A DNA stretch of 21,939 nt. Origin: Candidatus Caldarchaeales archaeon. GTDB lineage: Archaea > Thermoproteota > Nitrososphaeria_A > Caldarchaeales > Calditenuaceae. The position numbers were made by a program, and so were the translations under genes. Within the stretch, counting starts at the first letter, position 1; each line of letters begins with the position of its first letter. Location of the stretch: assembly GCA_032249095.1 (NCBI GenBank), contig JAVVGN010000028.1:1-21939 (forward strand), read 5' to 3'. This document shows, in pieces, positions 1 to 8,253 of this stretch. The notes under the pieces are model-generated. The model worked only from the letters and a program-made list of their open reading frames with translations, had not been told where the DNA came from and did not search any database.

Positions 1-847
1 GCGGGCTGACGTATAGAGGGATTATCGGGGAGGTCTGGCGAAGATACGGAGTCAGGATATCCGAGTCGTCGATAAGCGAGTGGCTACGCGGGGTGCATAA
101 CCCATACAACGGAAGAAGGATATCTTCGCTAGAACTGTTGAAGCCCTCTGAGGAGTTGGCGTACGTGATAGGTGTGAAGGTTGGCGATGGATATGTTGGG
201 AAGAAAAGCCGCGTCCGCAAAGGCTACAACGACGTCATGATAGGCCTTGAGGCTAAAGATAGGGAGTTCGTCGAGGAGTTCGCTAGGTGTCTTGCAAAGG
301 TTCTGGGAAGGAAACAAATAGGGCCGAGATTTAGGGACGGTGTGGGGAAATATGTCGTCGAAGTTGGGTCGAAGACGCTCTACGAGCTTCTCAGAAAGCC
401 AGTTGACCTTGATAGACTGAAGAAATATATTGAGCATTGTGAGAGGTGTGTGGCGGCTTTCATCAGGGGCTTCGCGGACTCTGAAGGAAGTGTTGACAAG
501 AATGGAAGAATAATTATCTCTACAACACAAACATCGAGTTACTCATATACGTCATAGGGCTTCTTAAAAGACTTGACGTAGAGTCGACTGGGCCAAAACT
601 CAATACTCGACGAGGAACTATATTCTATGATCCTAGGACGGGGAAGAAATACGTAGCCAACAAGGATTGCTATCGCATATATATACGATCAAGAAGCAGT
701 GTCAGCTTCTACAAACACGTAGGCTTCACTATTAGGAGGAAGCAGATACGGCTAGAGAACTACGTCAAGAGAACCACTAGGATGCCTACCCCTCCACCCA
801 ACCATTTCCCAGCAAACACCCCCACACTTATCTTATCAATTAACTAA
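1..847 (+). pseudogene. HTH plus double-LAGLIDADG homing-endonuclease-like gene, open at the window edge and frameshifted
   Basis: The reading frame is open from base 3 (GLTYRGIIGEVWRRYGVRISESSISEWLRG...). The first LAGLIDADG-like motif is LAYVIGVKVGDGYV and the second is FIRGFADSEGSV. The track ORF stops at 557, but the expected continuation (NTNIELLIYVIGLLKRLDVES...RIYIRSRSSVSFYKHVGFTIRRKQIRLENYV) reads in the +2 phase from about 497-530 to a TAA at 845-847. A single indel near the acaacacaaac run (about 521-531) therefore splits the gene. Confidence 0.7.
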
Positions 848-850
848 AAT

Positions 851-925
851 TGGGCCCGGTGGGATTCGAACCCACGACCTTCCGGTTATCAGCCGGACGC
901 TCCAGCCAGGCTGAGCTACGGGCCC
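851..925 (-). tRNA. tRNA-Ile (anticodon GAU)
   Basis: The reverse complement folds as a canonical cloverleaf: acceptor GGGCCCG/CGGGCCC, D-stem GCTC/GAGC, anticodon stem TCCGG/CCGGA with loop CTGATAA (GAT), variable loop AGGTC, and T-arm GTGGG-TTCGAAT-CCCAC with discriminator A. There is no intron and no encoded CCA, and the 3' trailer is T-rich. Confidence 0.92.
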
Positions 926-1138
926 CTAACCTGCAGCAAACAAACCAAAGATCTCTCGCTGGATCGTTGGGGAGTCAGCATCGGCTTCGTTCATCGGCTA
1001 GTTTTGCTGCGCGGATATTTAAGTCTAAATCAAGAGGATCTAGCTTCGATAGTTATAGCAGAGGCTTGGTCGGGAATCGTTGAGCCGGACTTCTGTTCGT
1101 GGGGTTGCCTATGCTTGTTCCTGGGGCGCGGCTGGCAC

Positions 1139-2143
1139 ATGCTTAAGATTGGCGATACTACAACATTATTGATGTGTGGCATGGAGTCAGAGGAGCTGAT
1201 CGAGGGTGACTATGTGTATGTATTGGGGCTCGGAGTCCTTGCGGTGAAGGGTGTCGCCCACCCTCCGGGAACGGTTGTAGCTTTTCCCAAAATTGGGTCC
1301 GGCATGGACCTGGAGGAGGCTTACTGCTACCTACAGGATCAGTTCCCTGGGTTTTTATTGTTCGACGACCATTCGGGGCAGGTTCTGCCACAGATACCGC
1401 GGAAATCCATCAAGATGGTCTACTCAGCCCGCGAGGGGCTGAGGCAGCTTAGACCCCGTGACGAGTTGACGGAGCGGGCGCTTGAGCTTGCAGTACTCTT
1501 CGCAGATGCTGCGGGTATTGCGACGACGCAGGTGGGTGTTTCGGGCTCGATACTCCTCAACAATTATCGCCCCGACTCCGATATCGATTTAGTCATCGTC
1601 GATCCGGATGGCCGAGAAGTTGCTGGTGCGTTGAGAGAGCTGAGGGAGAGGGGTGTGACTAGGCCTGTAACGGAGGAGTTCTCTAGAGACCTTGCGTCTA
1701 AGCGGCGGGGGTCCGTCATGAGTCTGAGGGCTTGGATCAGGCACGAGGCGCGGAAGGTGCTTTACGGGGTCTACCGTGGGGTGGTTTACTCGGCCAAGCT
1801 CGTACCCTCGCCCAAGATATACTGGGAGCCATACGGTTCTGCCCGGTGGAGGGAGCTAGGCCACGCACTTGTTAGAGGAGTCGTCACCGACTCTAAAAGA
1901 GGCACCTACACGCCCATGAGTATAGGCATCTCCGTAGAGCAGGTCGTTGAGGGGCCAGAGGCCGCCTGGCGGGCCGGCGAGGCAGTATCATTCAGGTCGA
2001 GGTTCTCGGAGCAGGTGACTGAAGGGGAGGAATTCGAGGCCTGTGGCAGGGTCGAGCTCGACCTATTTAGCAGAAGGGTCAGACTGTTCGTCGGAAATAC
2101 ATCTAGAGACTACATAGCCTCGGCGTCCATAGGGCTGGAATAA
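1139..2143 (+). CDS. Pol-beta superfamily nucleotidyltransferase with a C-terminal beta-barrel/OB-like region (COG1665-like predicted archaeal nucleotidyltransferase), paralog 1
   Basis: The NTase signature is VGVSGSILLNNYRPDSDIDLVIV (G[ST]GS...DxD). The protein is collinear with the downstream paralog, sharing HPPG, VYxAREGL and the GS/DID block. The ATG at 1139 is preferred over the TTG at 1004 because it gives an N-terminus of the same length as the paralog (about 24 aa before YVYVLG versus IFFVLG). Confidence 0.6.
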   Translation: MLKIGDTTTLLMCGMESEELIEGDYVYVLGLGVLAVKGVAHPPGTVVAFPKIGSGMDLEEAYCYLQDQFPGFLLFDDHSGQVLPQIPRKSIKMVYSAREGLRQLRPRDELTERALELAVLFADAAGIATTQVGVSGSILLNNYRPDSDIDLVIVDPDGREVAGALRELRERGVTRPVTEEFSRDLASKRRGSVMSLRAWIRHEARKVLYGVYRGVVYSAKLVPSPKIYWEPYGSARWRELGHALVRGVVTDSKRGTYTPMSIGISVEQVVEGPEAAWRAGEAVSFRSRFSEQVTEGEEFEACGRVELDLFSRRVRLFVGNTSRDYIASASIGLE

Positions 2144-2184
2144 CATCTATTACAGCCCACGCGGCTCCACCTACTCGGAACAGG

Positions 2185-3213
2185 ATGGGGGAGGAGGCGC
2201 GAGAATACCCGACGCTCAGGGACCACGACTACTTTGAGACAGAGGAGGGATGGATCTTCTTTGTTCTGGGGGATGTTCACCCGCCGGGGAGGGTCTGGAG
2301 CTGCCTCAAGTATGTCCCCGGCGAGGGGGTGTGGGGGAACGGCGAGAACAGGTATAGGCGCGTCTTGAAGAACTACACGGTCGAGGAGCTCCTCAGCAGC
2401 ATTCAGTTCCTCGAACACAACGCTCCTGACTACGTCTTCTTCGACTACACGGTGGGCGCGAGGGTAATAGCTCCTCCGCTCTCCAAGATAAGGCGGGTTT
2501 ACAGGGCTAGGGAGAGGCTGGCTGAGCTAATGGGTGGAGAGGCTCTACATCCTCTTGAGGAGAGGCTTCTGAAGCTGGTCGGGATGTTATCAGACTACTC
2601 GGGTGTCAGGCTGGAGGATTTCGGCGTGACAGGCTCACTTCTGCTTGGGATACAGCACAACAACTCGGACATCGACCTCCTCGTGTACGGCCAGCAGAAT
2701 CTATGGAGGGTTCTGGAGGCTCTGGAGGCCCTAGATGGCCGGGAAGGCATAACTCTCCAGAAAAGCAGGGCGCGCGAAGGCTGGGTTGCCAGGGCCTCTG
2801 CTAGGTATCCCCTTCCCCGGAGCGAGCTGGAGATACTCGCAAGCAGGGTCATGAACAAGGGATGGGTGGGAGAGGCGGTGTTCTCGGTCCATGGAGTTAG
2901 GGATAAGCCGCCGCACAGGTATGGCGAGGTGCTGTACAGGTCCCTAGGGCTGGCAAGGAGAGTGGTGGAGGTCGTGGATGTTAGGGGCTCGCTCTTTACT
3001 CCCGCGGTATATATCGCGGAGGATGGGGAGGCGGGCCCCATGAGGATAGTCTGCTACGACATGATGCTGGCGGGAGTGCTGAGGAGTGGTGATGTGGTTG
3101 AGGTTCAGGGTAAGCTCGAAGTAGCTGAGGCCAAGGGAGGCGAGAGATGGCTTCAGATACTTGTAGGATCCTACGAGGGTGTTGGCAAGGAATACGTGAG
3201 GATCGTAGGTTAA
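2185..3213 (+). CDS. Pol-beta superfamily nucleotidyltransferase with a C-terminal OB-like barrel (COG1665-like), paralog 2
   Basis: The NTase motif is FGVTGSLLLGIQHNNSDIDLLVYG. The C-terminal LRSGDVVEVQGKLEV segment resembles OB-fold barrels of archaeal nucleic-acid-binding proteins. It lies 41 bp downstream of paralog 1 on the same strand. Confidence 0.6.
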   Translation: MGEEAREYPTLRDHDYFETEEGWIFFVLGDVHPPGRVWSCLKYVPGEGVWGNGENRYRRVLKNYTVEELLSSIQFLEHNAPDYVFFDYTVGARVIAPPLSKIRRVYRARERLAELMGGEALHPLEERLLKLVGMLSDYSGVRLEDFGVTGSLLLGIQHNNSDIDLLVYGQQNLWRVLEALEALDGREGITLQKSRAREGWVARASARYPLPRSELEILASRVMNKGWVGEAVFSVHGVRDKPPHRYGEVLYRSLGLARRVVEVVDVRGSLFTPAVYIAEDGEAGPMRIVCYDMMLAGVLRSGDVVEVQGKLEVAEAKGGERWLQILVGSYEGVGKEYVRIVG

Positions 3214-3225
3214 GGCCCACCCGAC

Positions 3226-4845
3226 CTACCGCCTGTTTAGTTCGGCACTTATACTCTTGAACATGCTTACCTGTGTCCATATGGGGGTCCAGGGAAGCAT
3301 AGTGAACTGGAACGCGCTGTTCAAGGCCTTCTCCACCACATCCCTCCTACCGATCTCGAGGTATCCCCGTGTGATGAGGGAAGCATATTTCTCTGCATCC
3401 TCTCCACTCAGATAGTGCCCCATATAGAGAACCAGCTCTGAGAGGTCCCAAGACTGGCTGCCCCTCAGGGATGCCTGCTCCAAATCGACCACCCAATACT
3501 CGCCTGTTTCGGGCCTTAAGAGGAAATTATCTGGCTTACAATCGCCTAGAACTATCCCGGCCCCGTGTATCTCTGCTAGGAGCCTTCCGATCTCGGTGGT
3601 AGCCCTCTCAAGCACATCGTCTCCTAGAGATGCGCGCATCTTTGTCCAGGCCTCTGTCAGAGTTATGGCCTCGATGGCGCCCTCAACTAGGGCCTTCTCT
3701 TTCCACGAGACATAAACTATCGCGGGGACCCTGAAGCCACGCTCCCTCAGATAGCTGAGGAAGAAGAGCTCATTACTCATCCGCGTCCCAGGCATGAGGT
3801 AGAAGTTCCTGAGGGGAAGGGCCCAGAGCTTTGCGGCGATCCACTTAATATCAGACCAAGAGAGGTATTTCTTGACGAAGAGATGCTCGTGTGGGGAGCC
3901 TTCGACATAGATCCTCAGAAGGAAGGTGGAGTTGAGTAGCGAGCCACGCCTCTCAATCCTGAACTCCGTGTTTGCCTTTTCTAGTGAGAGGTGGGTTCTA
4001 AGAGCCTCCAGAAGCGGCTCGTCATGTGAGACGGGCTGTAGTCCCCTCGCCGTCGGCACGTATAGCAGGTTCTCCGGGTCAAGCTCGCTAAGCCCAGAGA
4101 TCTCGATCTGCTGCATCTCCGAAAGCACGAGCCTCAACACATCCAGAGATAGCCTCGGGTTCCTCGTGATATCTGTCAGCGGGGGCCGAAGCGAGCCCTT
4201 AATCTTCAACCTCTTGCGGATCTGCACACTCTTTAGACTAATATCCGGGTTCAGAGAGTAGAAACCATCCGCCTTCACGAGCATCCCAACGCGGCAGGCC
4301 CCGTCAAGCTCCTCGACCAATGCGTCAAGAACCGCGCGCATATAGTCTTCATGCCCTTGACCAGCAGTGTCAAGCCACCAGAAGAGTCTAGATAGGTGGG
4401 GGAGGATGGCTATCTTGGACTTAACCCACTTGACTAGGAAGTAGCTTGGCTGTATGCGGAGGTTGATGGCGGCTAGTTCGTAGGTCCCCACGACGTCGTC
4501 GATGATGCGGCTTATCAATCTTTTCACGTACTGGGACCTGAGTCCCTTGATCTTACTCTCTCCGAAAAGCACTTTGAGTGGCGTGAGTAGCCTCAGCGCG
4601 AGGTTCTCGGCTATAACCGAGCTAGACAGGTCCTTCAGGAGGAGGTTATAGGTGGTGATGATTGTCCTTACGTTGTCTCTCTGCTGTATTCTGATGTAGT
4701 CTCGCTCAGAATCATGTAAAACGAGCCGTTCATATATTATGTTGCCCCAAGCTCTGACCGGGTACTCGAAGGCCGCGACCTCCCGCCCTAAAGCAGCATC
4801 GCCTAGCCCCAGCGCCGCGCCGGAACGAGCCAATCCACTCTCCAC
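3226..4845 (-). CDS. Two-domain protein: uncharacterised N-terminal region of about 290 aa plus a C-terminal atypical protein-kinase-like (RIO/Bud32/Kdo-type) domain
   Basis: The catalytic-loop-like motif is HGAGIVLGDCKPDNFLL, followed by WVVDLEQASL as a DFG-equivalent. A candidate ATP-lysine lies in LFVKKY. The start is GTG. No motif was recognised in the N-terminal half. Confidence 0.6.
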   Translation of the reverse strand: MESGLARSGAALGLGDAALGREVAAFEYPVRAWGNIIYERLVLHDSERDYIRIQQRDNVRTIITTYNLLLKDLSSSVIAENLALRLLTPLKVLFGESKIKGLRSQYVKRLISRIIDDVVGTYELAAINLRIQPSYFLVKWVKSKIAILPHLSRLFWWLDTAGQGHEDYMRAVLDALVEELDGACRVGMLVKADGFYSLNPDISLKSVQIRKRLKIKGSLRPPLTDITRNPRLSLDVLRLVLSEMQQIEISGLSELDPENLLYVPTARGLQPVSHDEPLLEALRTHLSLEKANTEFRIERRGSLLNSTFLLRIYVEGSPHEHLFVKKYLSWSDIKWIAAKLWALPLRNFYLMPGTRMSNELFFLSYLRERGFRVPAIVYVSWKEKALVEGAIEAITLTEAWTKMRASLGDDVLERATTEIGRLLAEIHGAGIVLGDCKPDNFLLRPETGEYWVVDLEQASLRGSQSWDLSELVLYMGHYLSGEDAEKYASLITRGYLEIGRRDVVEKALNSAFQFTMLPWTPIWTQVSMFKSISAELNRR

Positions 4846-4870
4846 ACCTGTTCTAAGTTAGGTCTCAGTC

Positions 4871-4878
4871 TTTTATAA
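4871..4878 (-). promoter_or_regulatory. TATA-box-like element for the kinase-like gene (probably a leaderless transcript)
   Basis: The minus strand reads TTATAAAA, about 26-33 bp upstream of the GTG at 4845. This spacing is typical for archaeal TATA-to-start distance on leaderless mRNAs. Confidence 0.4.
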
Positions 4879-4927
4879 CACTACGCGCGAAGGGGATTAA
4901 TAGAGAGAGATTTTGGTCGTTTGTTAG

Positions 4928-5342
4928 TCTGGCCTCGGGTATCCGTATAGTGTTGTCTGTCCTTTTCCCATGAATATTACCTCGTTTCCCCACAAGTCCA
5001 ACTGTATTGGGAGGAGGATCTATAGCGGGCATTTGAGGCGAGCATTGCAGAGACTGACGGCTTCAGCAAATATCATCACGACACACCAACTTACCACGAA
5101 AAAGGAGAAGGAAACCCTCTCAAGAGTCTGGAGGATGTATAGACAGGAAGCCCTTGGGAGGCTGGCCATACCGGCGCAGGGATAAAGCCCGGAGGCCGGT
5201 ATGACCTAGGATTTAACGCGCACCCACTATCAGGTGTTGTGATGGAGCTTTTAACGTCCGGCCTCCTCTAGGGTTTCCCAGATGCTGCACGGATGGTCAG
5301 CCAAACCCCTCCCCCCTTCTTTCCCCTTTACACTAAATTAAT
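4928..5342 (+). mobile_element. Repeat family copy A: MITE-like internal-deletion derivative of the IS110/IS1111-like element
   Basis: The conserved left end of about 90 bp (tctggcctcgggtatccgtatagtgttgtctgtccttttcccatgaatatt...) is fused directly to the last roughly 320 bp of the element (ggaggatctatagcgggc...aacccctcccccc...aaattaat). Track ORF 4970..5185 is only the remnant tail of the recombinase (HLRRALQRLTAS). Confidence 0.75.
5145..5320 (+). ncRNA. Candidate structured RNA module at the 3' end of repeat copy A
   Basis: The long-range helix is ggctggccat (5160-5169) with atggTcagcc (5293-5302, one G-U). It encloses hairpin ataccggc...gccggtat and hairpin gcacc(5220-5224)/ggtgt(5233-5237). 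Blocks are conserved with copies B and C. Confidence 0.45.
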
Positions 5343-5462
5343 ACTTAGCTTGTTTAATGTAGTGTTATGGTGGTTATGGTTGATGAAAACTTAGCGAGGC
5401 CGTGCTGAATAAGTAATGGTGGCAACGAGTCCTCGGAGAATCTGCCACATCTATTAATCCTG

Positions 5463-6818
5463 GTGCGATACAGGTTAATCACTGGATTGGCGGGGTCAAG
5501 AGAGATCGTAAGGAGTGCGTTGAGGTATGCGCGGAGCGTTAAGGCGACTGATGGGGCTGTGGAGCTGGATGACTCTGCATCTTACATGATACGCTTCTCT
5601 AACAACGAGATAACGGTCTCTAAGGTATTCCGCGAAACCACCACCTCGGTCTACTTAGCATTCGGCGAGAGGAGGGGCGTTGGATCCATATCGGTCCCAA
5701 GCGTGGGGGAGGTGGGGAAGCTGATCAAGGGCCTTGCCTCGACCATCAAGCTAGCTGCCCCCAGCGACATATACGCCCCACTACCGAGAGGACCATTTAA
5801 GTATGAGGCCAAACTCCTCAGGAGGGGTGGTAGGACTCCACCCGAGGCCCTGGTTGAGTGGGTGAGTGAGGCCATCTCCGGGGCTCAGAGCGCGGGCGCG
5901 AAGAGGGTTGCCGGATCCTTGATACTTAGGAGGGGCCGGCGGATACTCTACACCACGGGTGGTGTAAGAGCAGAGGCCACCAGCGAGAGGATTGAGCTCT
6001 CCGTAAGGGCTTTTCTCGACGGCGAGTCGAGCGGACAGTTCTCCACCGCCACGGCTAGTAGGGAGGAGTTTGCTCCCCGTAAGGTGGGGGAGACAGCGGG
6101 CGAGATAGCGAGCATGGCCAGAAACCCGGTTAGTGGTGAGGCGGGAGTCTACGACGCGATACTCGGCCCCATGGTCTTCGCCAACATTCTGGAGGAGGTT
6201 GGGGAGGCTGCCTCCGCCTACTCGGTCCTGACTGGGCTATCTTTCCTCACCGACAAGCTGAACGAGCAAGTCTCATCACGTATCCTTACACTAATCGATG
6301 ACCCAACAATAGAAACCGCTTACGGCTCAGAACCCTTCGACGATGAGGGACTCCCAACCAGGCGTAAAGCAATTATAGAGTCGGGCATCCTCAAGACCTA
6401 TCTTCACAACAGCGCCACAGCCAAAAAGTTTAACGTCGAGAGCACTGCGAACGCCGGGTGGATAAACCCCGCACCGTTCAACCTAGTCGTCGAGGGCGGG
6501 TCTGCAACGCTGAACAGCCTACTCTCGAGGGTTGATAGGGGGATCCTCGTCACGAACGACTGGTATCTGAGGTACAGAAACATCAGGACGGGCGACTTCT
6601 CCACGCTGCCGCGTGACGGCCTCTTCCTCGTGAAGAACGGCAGCATCGAGGCGGCCCTCAAAGACCTGAGAATCAGCGACAACATATTGAGGATGCTGGC
6701 GAACCTGGAGGACATGACGGCGGATAAATACTGGATAAAGTGGTGGGAGGTAGAGACCCCGGTTAAGGCCCCCTACGCCCTCATCAGGAGCGTGAACTTC
6801 ACCAAGTCAACGTTTTAG
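5463..6818 (+). CDS. pmbA: TldE/PmbA-family protein (non-catalytic partner of the TldD metalloprotease)
   Basis: The 451-aa protein has PmbA/TldD-family architecture (LTLIDDPTIETAYGSEPFDDEGLPTR, GILKTYLHN, GILVTN) and lacks the HExxxH motif present in the TldD paralog at 19767-21218. The start is GTG. Confidence 0.8.
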   Translation: MRYRLITGLAGSREIVRSALRYARSVKATDGAVELDDSASYMIRFSNNEITVSKVFRETTTSVYLAFGERRGVGSISVPSVGEVGKLIKGLASTIKLAAPSDIYAPLPRGPFKYEAKLLRRGGRTPPEALVEWVSEAISGAQSAGAKRVAGSLILRRGRRILYTTGGVRAEATSERIELSVRAFLDGESSGQFSTATASREEFAPRKVGETAGEIASMARNPVSGEAGVYDAILGPMVFANILEEVGEAASAYSVLTGLSFLTDKLNEQVSSRILTLIDDPTIETAYGSEPFDDEGLPTRRKAIIESGILKTYLHNSATAKKFNVESTANAGWINPAPFNLVVEGGSATLNSLLSRVDRGILVTNDWYLRYRNIRTGDFSTLPRDGLFLVKNGSIEAALKDLRISDNILRMLANLEDMTADKYWIKWWEVETPVKAPYALIRSVNFTKSTF

Positions 6819-7303
6819 AGCTTGTAGCCGATCCTCCGCAGGAAATCCCGCCTCTCCCTTATGTTCTGCTCCGTCTCTATGCCCCTCGGCTTGTAGCCGT
6901 CTATGACCGCAACTATTCCGCGCCCCTGGTCTGTCTCGGCGACAACGACTTGGAGCGGGTTCGCGGTGGCGCAGAGTATCGTGCAGACCTCGGGGACCTC
7001 CTTCAGCCTCCCCAGTACGTTAATCGGGTAGAGGTTGCGTAAAAATAGTAAGAAGGTGTGGCCGCACCCTATCTTCAGGAGGGTTTCGGCCGCAAGCTTC
7101 CTCAGTTCCTCGTCCGTGCCCTCGTGTCTTATCAGGCAGGGCCCGCTCGCCTCGCTGAAGGCCAAGCCAAACTTGGCCCCCGGCGCAGAGTTTACCACCG
7201 CCTCATATATGTCCTCCACACTCTTGATAAAATGTGTGATCCCTAAAACCGCGTTACAGCCCTCAGGTATCTCTATCCTCACTACCTCGAGTTTAACGCT
7301 CAT
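6815..7303 (-). CDS. PF04008/COG1839-like protein (family named 'adenosine-specific kinase')
   Basis: The 162-aa protein has the family-typical blocks GITHFIKSVEDIYEAV, PGAKFGLAFSEASGPCLIR, GCGHTF, YPINVLGRLKEVPEVC, ATANPLQVVV and RRDFLRRIGYK. Recognition is from memory of this archaeal family. Its stop overlaps the pmbA stop by 4 nt (convergent genes). Confidence 0.65.
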   Translation of the reverse strand: MSVKLEVVRIEIPEGCNAVLGITHFIKSVEDIYEAVVNSAPGAKFGLAFSEASGPCLIRHEGTDEELRKLAAETLLKIGCGHTFLLFLRNLYPINVLGRLKEVPEVCTILCATANPLQVVVAETDQGRGIVAVIDGYKPRGIETEQNIRERRDFLRRIGYKL

Positions 7304-7314
7304 GACCCACCCTC

Positions 7315-8202
7315 CTACTCCACCGGTACCCCGTAGGCGGGGTCAACCTTGACCCTGTTAAACTCTTCTATGATCCGCCTAGTTATTGGGCCCGGCACCT
7401 TCTCCCCCATCTTGACCCCGCTTATGGATGCTATGGGCACTATTTCGGCGCCAGTTCCCGTGAGGAAGGCTTCCTCGCACGTTAGGAGCTCGACAGGTGT
7501 GATGTCTCTCTCCTTGACAGGTATCTGGAGGCGTTGGGCTATCTCTATGACCGTGCTTCTGGTGATGCCGGGTAGGATGCCGGCTGTAATTGGGGGGGTG
7601 GCCAGCTCTCCCGACTTAGCGATGAAGATGTTCGCGGCTGTGGCCTCAGAGACGAATCCCCGCGAGTCCAGCATTACCGCGTCGTCAGCGCCAGCAGCGA
7701 TGGCCTCCAGCTTAGCCATGATGCTGTTGAGGTAGTTGAGGCTTTTCACCTCATGGGAGGTGGCATAGACGGGGTCGCGCCTAGTAGAGCTTATGATGAG
7801 CTTGACCCCCTGCTCCAGACTCTTAGAGCCTAGGATGGGCTCAAGCTGCTCCGCTATCACGATGATAGAGGGTCTACTGCATCTTCGGGGATCGAGGCCT
7901 AAGTCCCCAACCCCTCTAGTAACCACAAGCCTTACGTAGGCGTCCTTGAAGCCATTCACCTTAATAGTCTTCACAACTATGTCCATCATCTCGCCCATAC
8001 TCACCGGTATCTCCAGCCTTATCGCCTTGGCAGACCTGTAGAGCCTCTCCACATGCTCCCTCAGCTTGAAGACAACCCCGTTATAGCACCTGATGCCCTC
8101 AAAGACGCCATCACCATACAGGAATCCGTGATCCAGCACCGAAACCTTAGCAGAGGACTTAGAGTAGAATTCTCCATCGATGTAGACTAGCGGTTCGGGC
8201 AT
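7315..8202 (-). CDS. ilvE: Branched-chain amino acid aminotransferase (PLP fold type IV)
   Basis: The 295-aa protein has an N-terminus IDGEFYSKSSAKVSVLDHGFLYGDGVFEGIRCYNG and later LREHVERLYRSAKAIRLEIP, which is typical class IV aminotransferase IlvE sequence. Confidence 0.88.
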   Translation of the reverse strand: MPEPLVYIDGEFYSKSSAKVSVLDHGFLYGDGVFEGIRCYNGVVFKLREHVERLYRSAKAIRLEIPVSMGEMMDIVVKTIKVNGFKDAYVRLVVTRGVGDLGLDPRRCSRPSIIVIAEQLEPILGSKSLEQGVKLIISSTRRDPVYATSHEVKSLNYLNSIMAKLEAIAAGADDAVMLDSRGFVSEATAANIFIAKSGELATPPITAGILPGITRSTVIEIAQRLQIPVKERDITPVELLTCEEAFLTGTGAEIVPIASISGVKMGEKVPGPITRRIIEEFNRVKVDPAYGVPVE

Positions 8203-8253
8203 AACGAAAAAAAGGGATTGCAGTGATATATGTCTTTGAAGCCGGGGCTGAGC

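Noticed and set aside
850-1083. 77-aa + strand ORF.
   Set aside because: Its first third is the antisense of the tRNA-Ile gene and the remainder is intergenic. There are no coding features.
1139-3213. Idea that the NTase-OB genes next to tRNA-Ile are TiaS (tRNA-Ile2 agmatidine synthetase).
   Set aside because: The neighbouring tRNA has anticodon GAU, not CAU. The N-termini lack the TiaS-type kinase-like domain, and the proteins carry a Pol-beta GS...DxD core that TiaS does not have. Only the OB-like tail is reminiscent.
5380-5408. C/D-box sRNA-like strings (ttgatga ... ctga).
   Set aside because: The C-to-D' spacing is 18 nt instead of about 12. There is no convincing C' box, and the terminal box reads ctgc rather than ctga.
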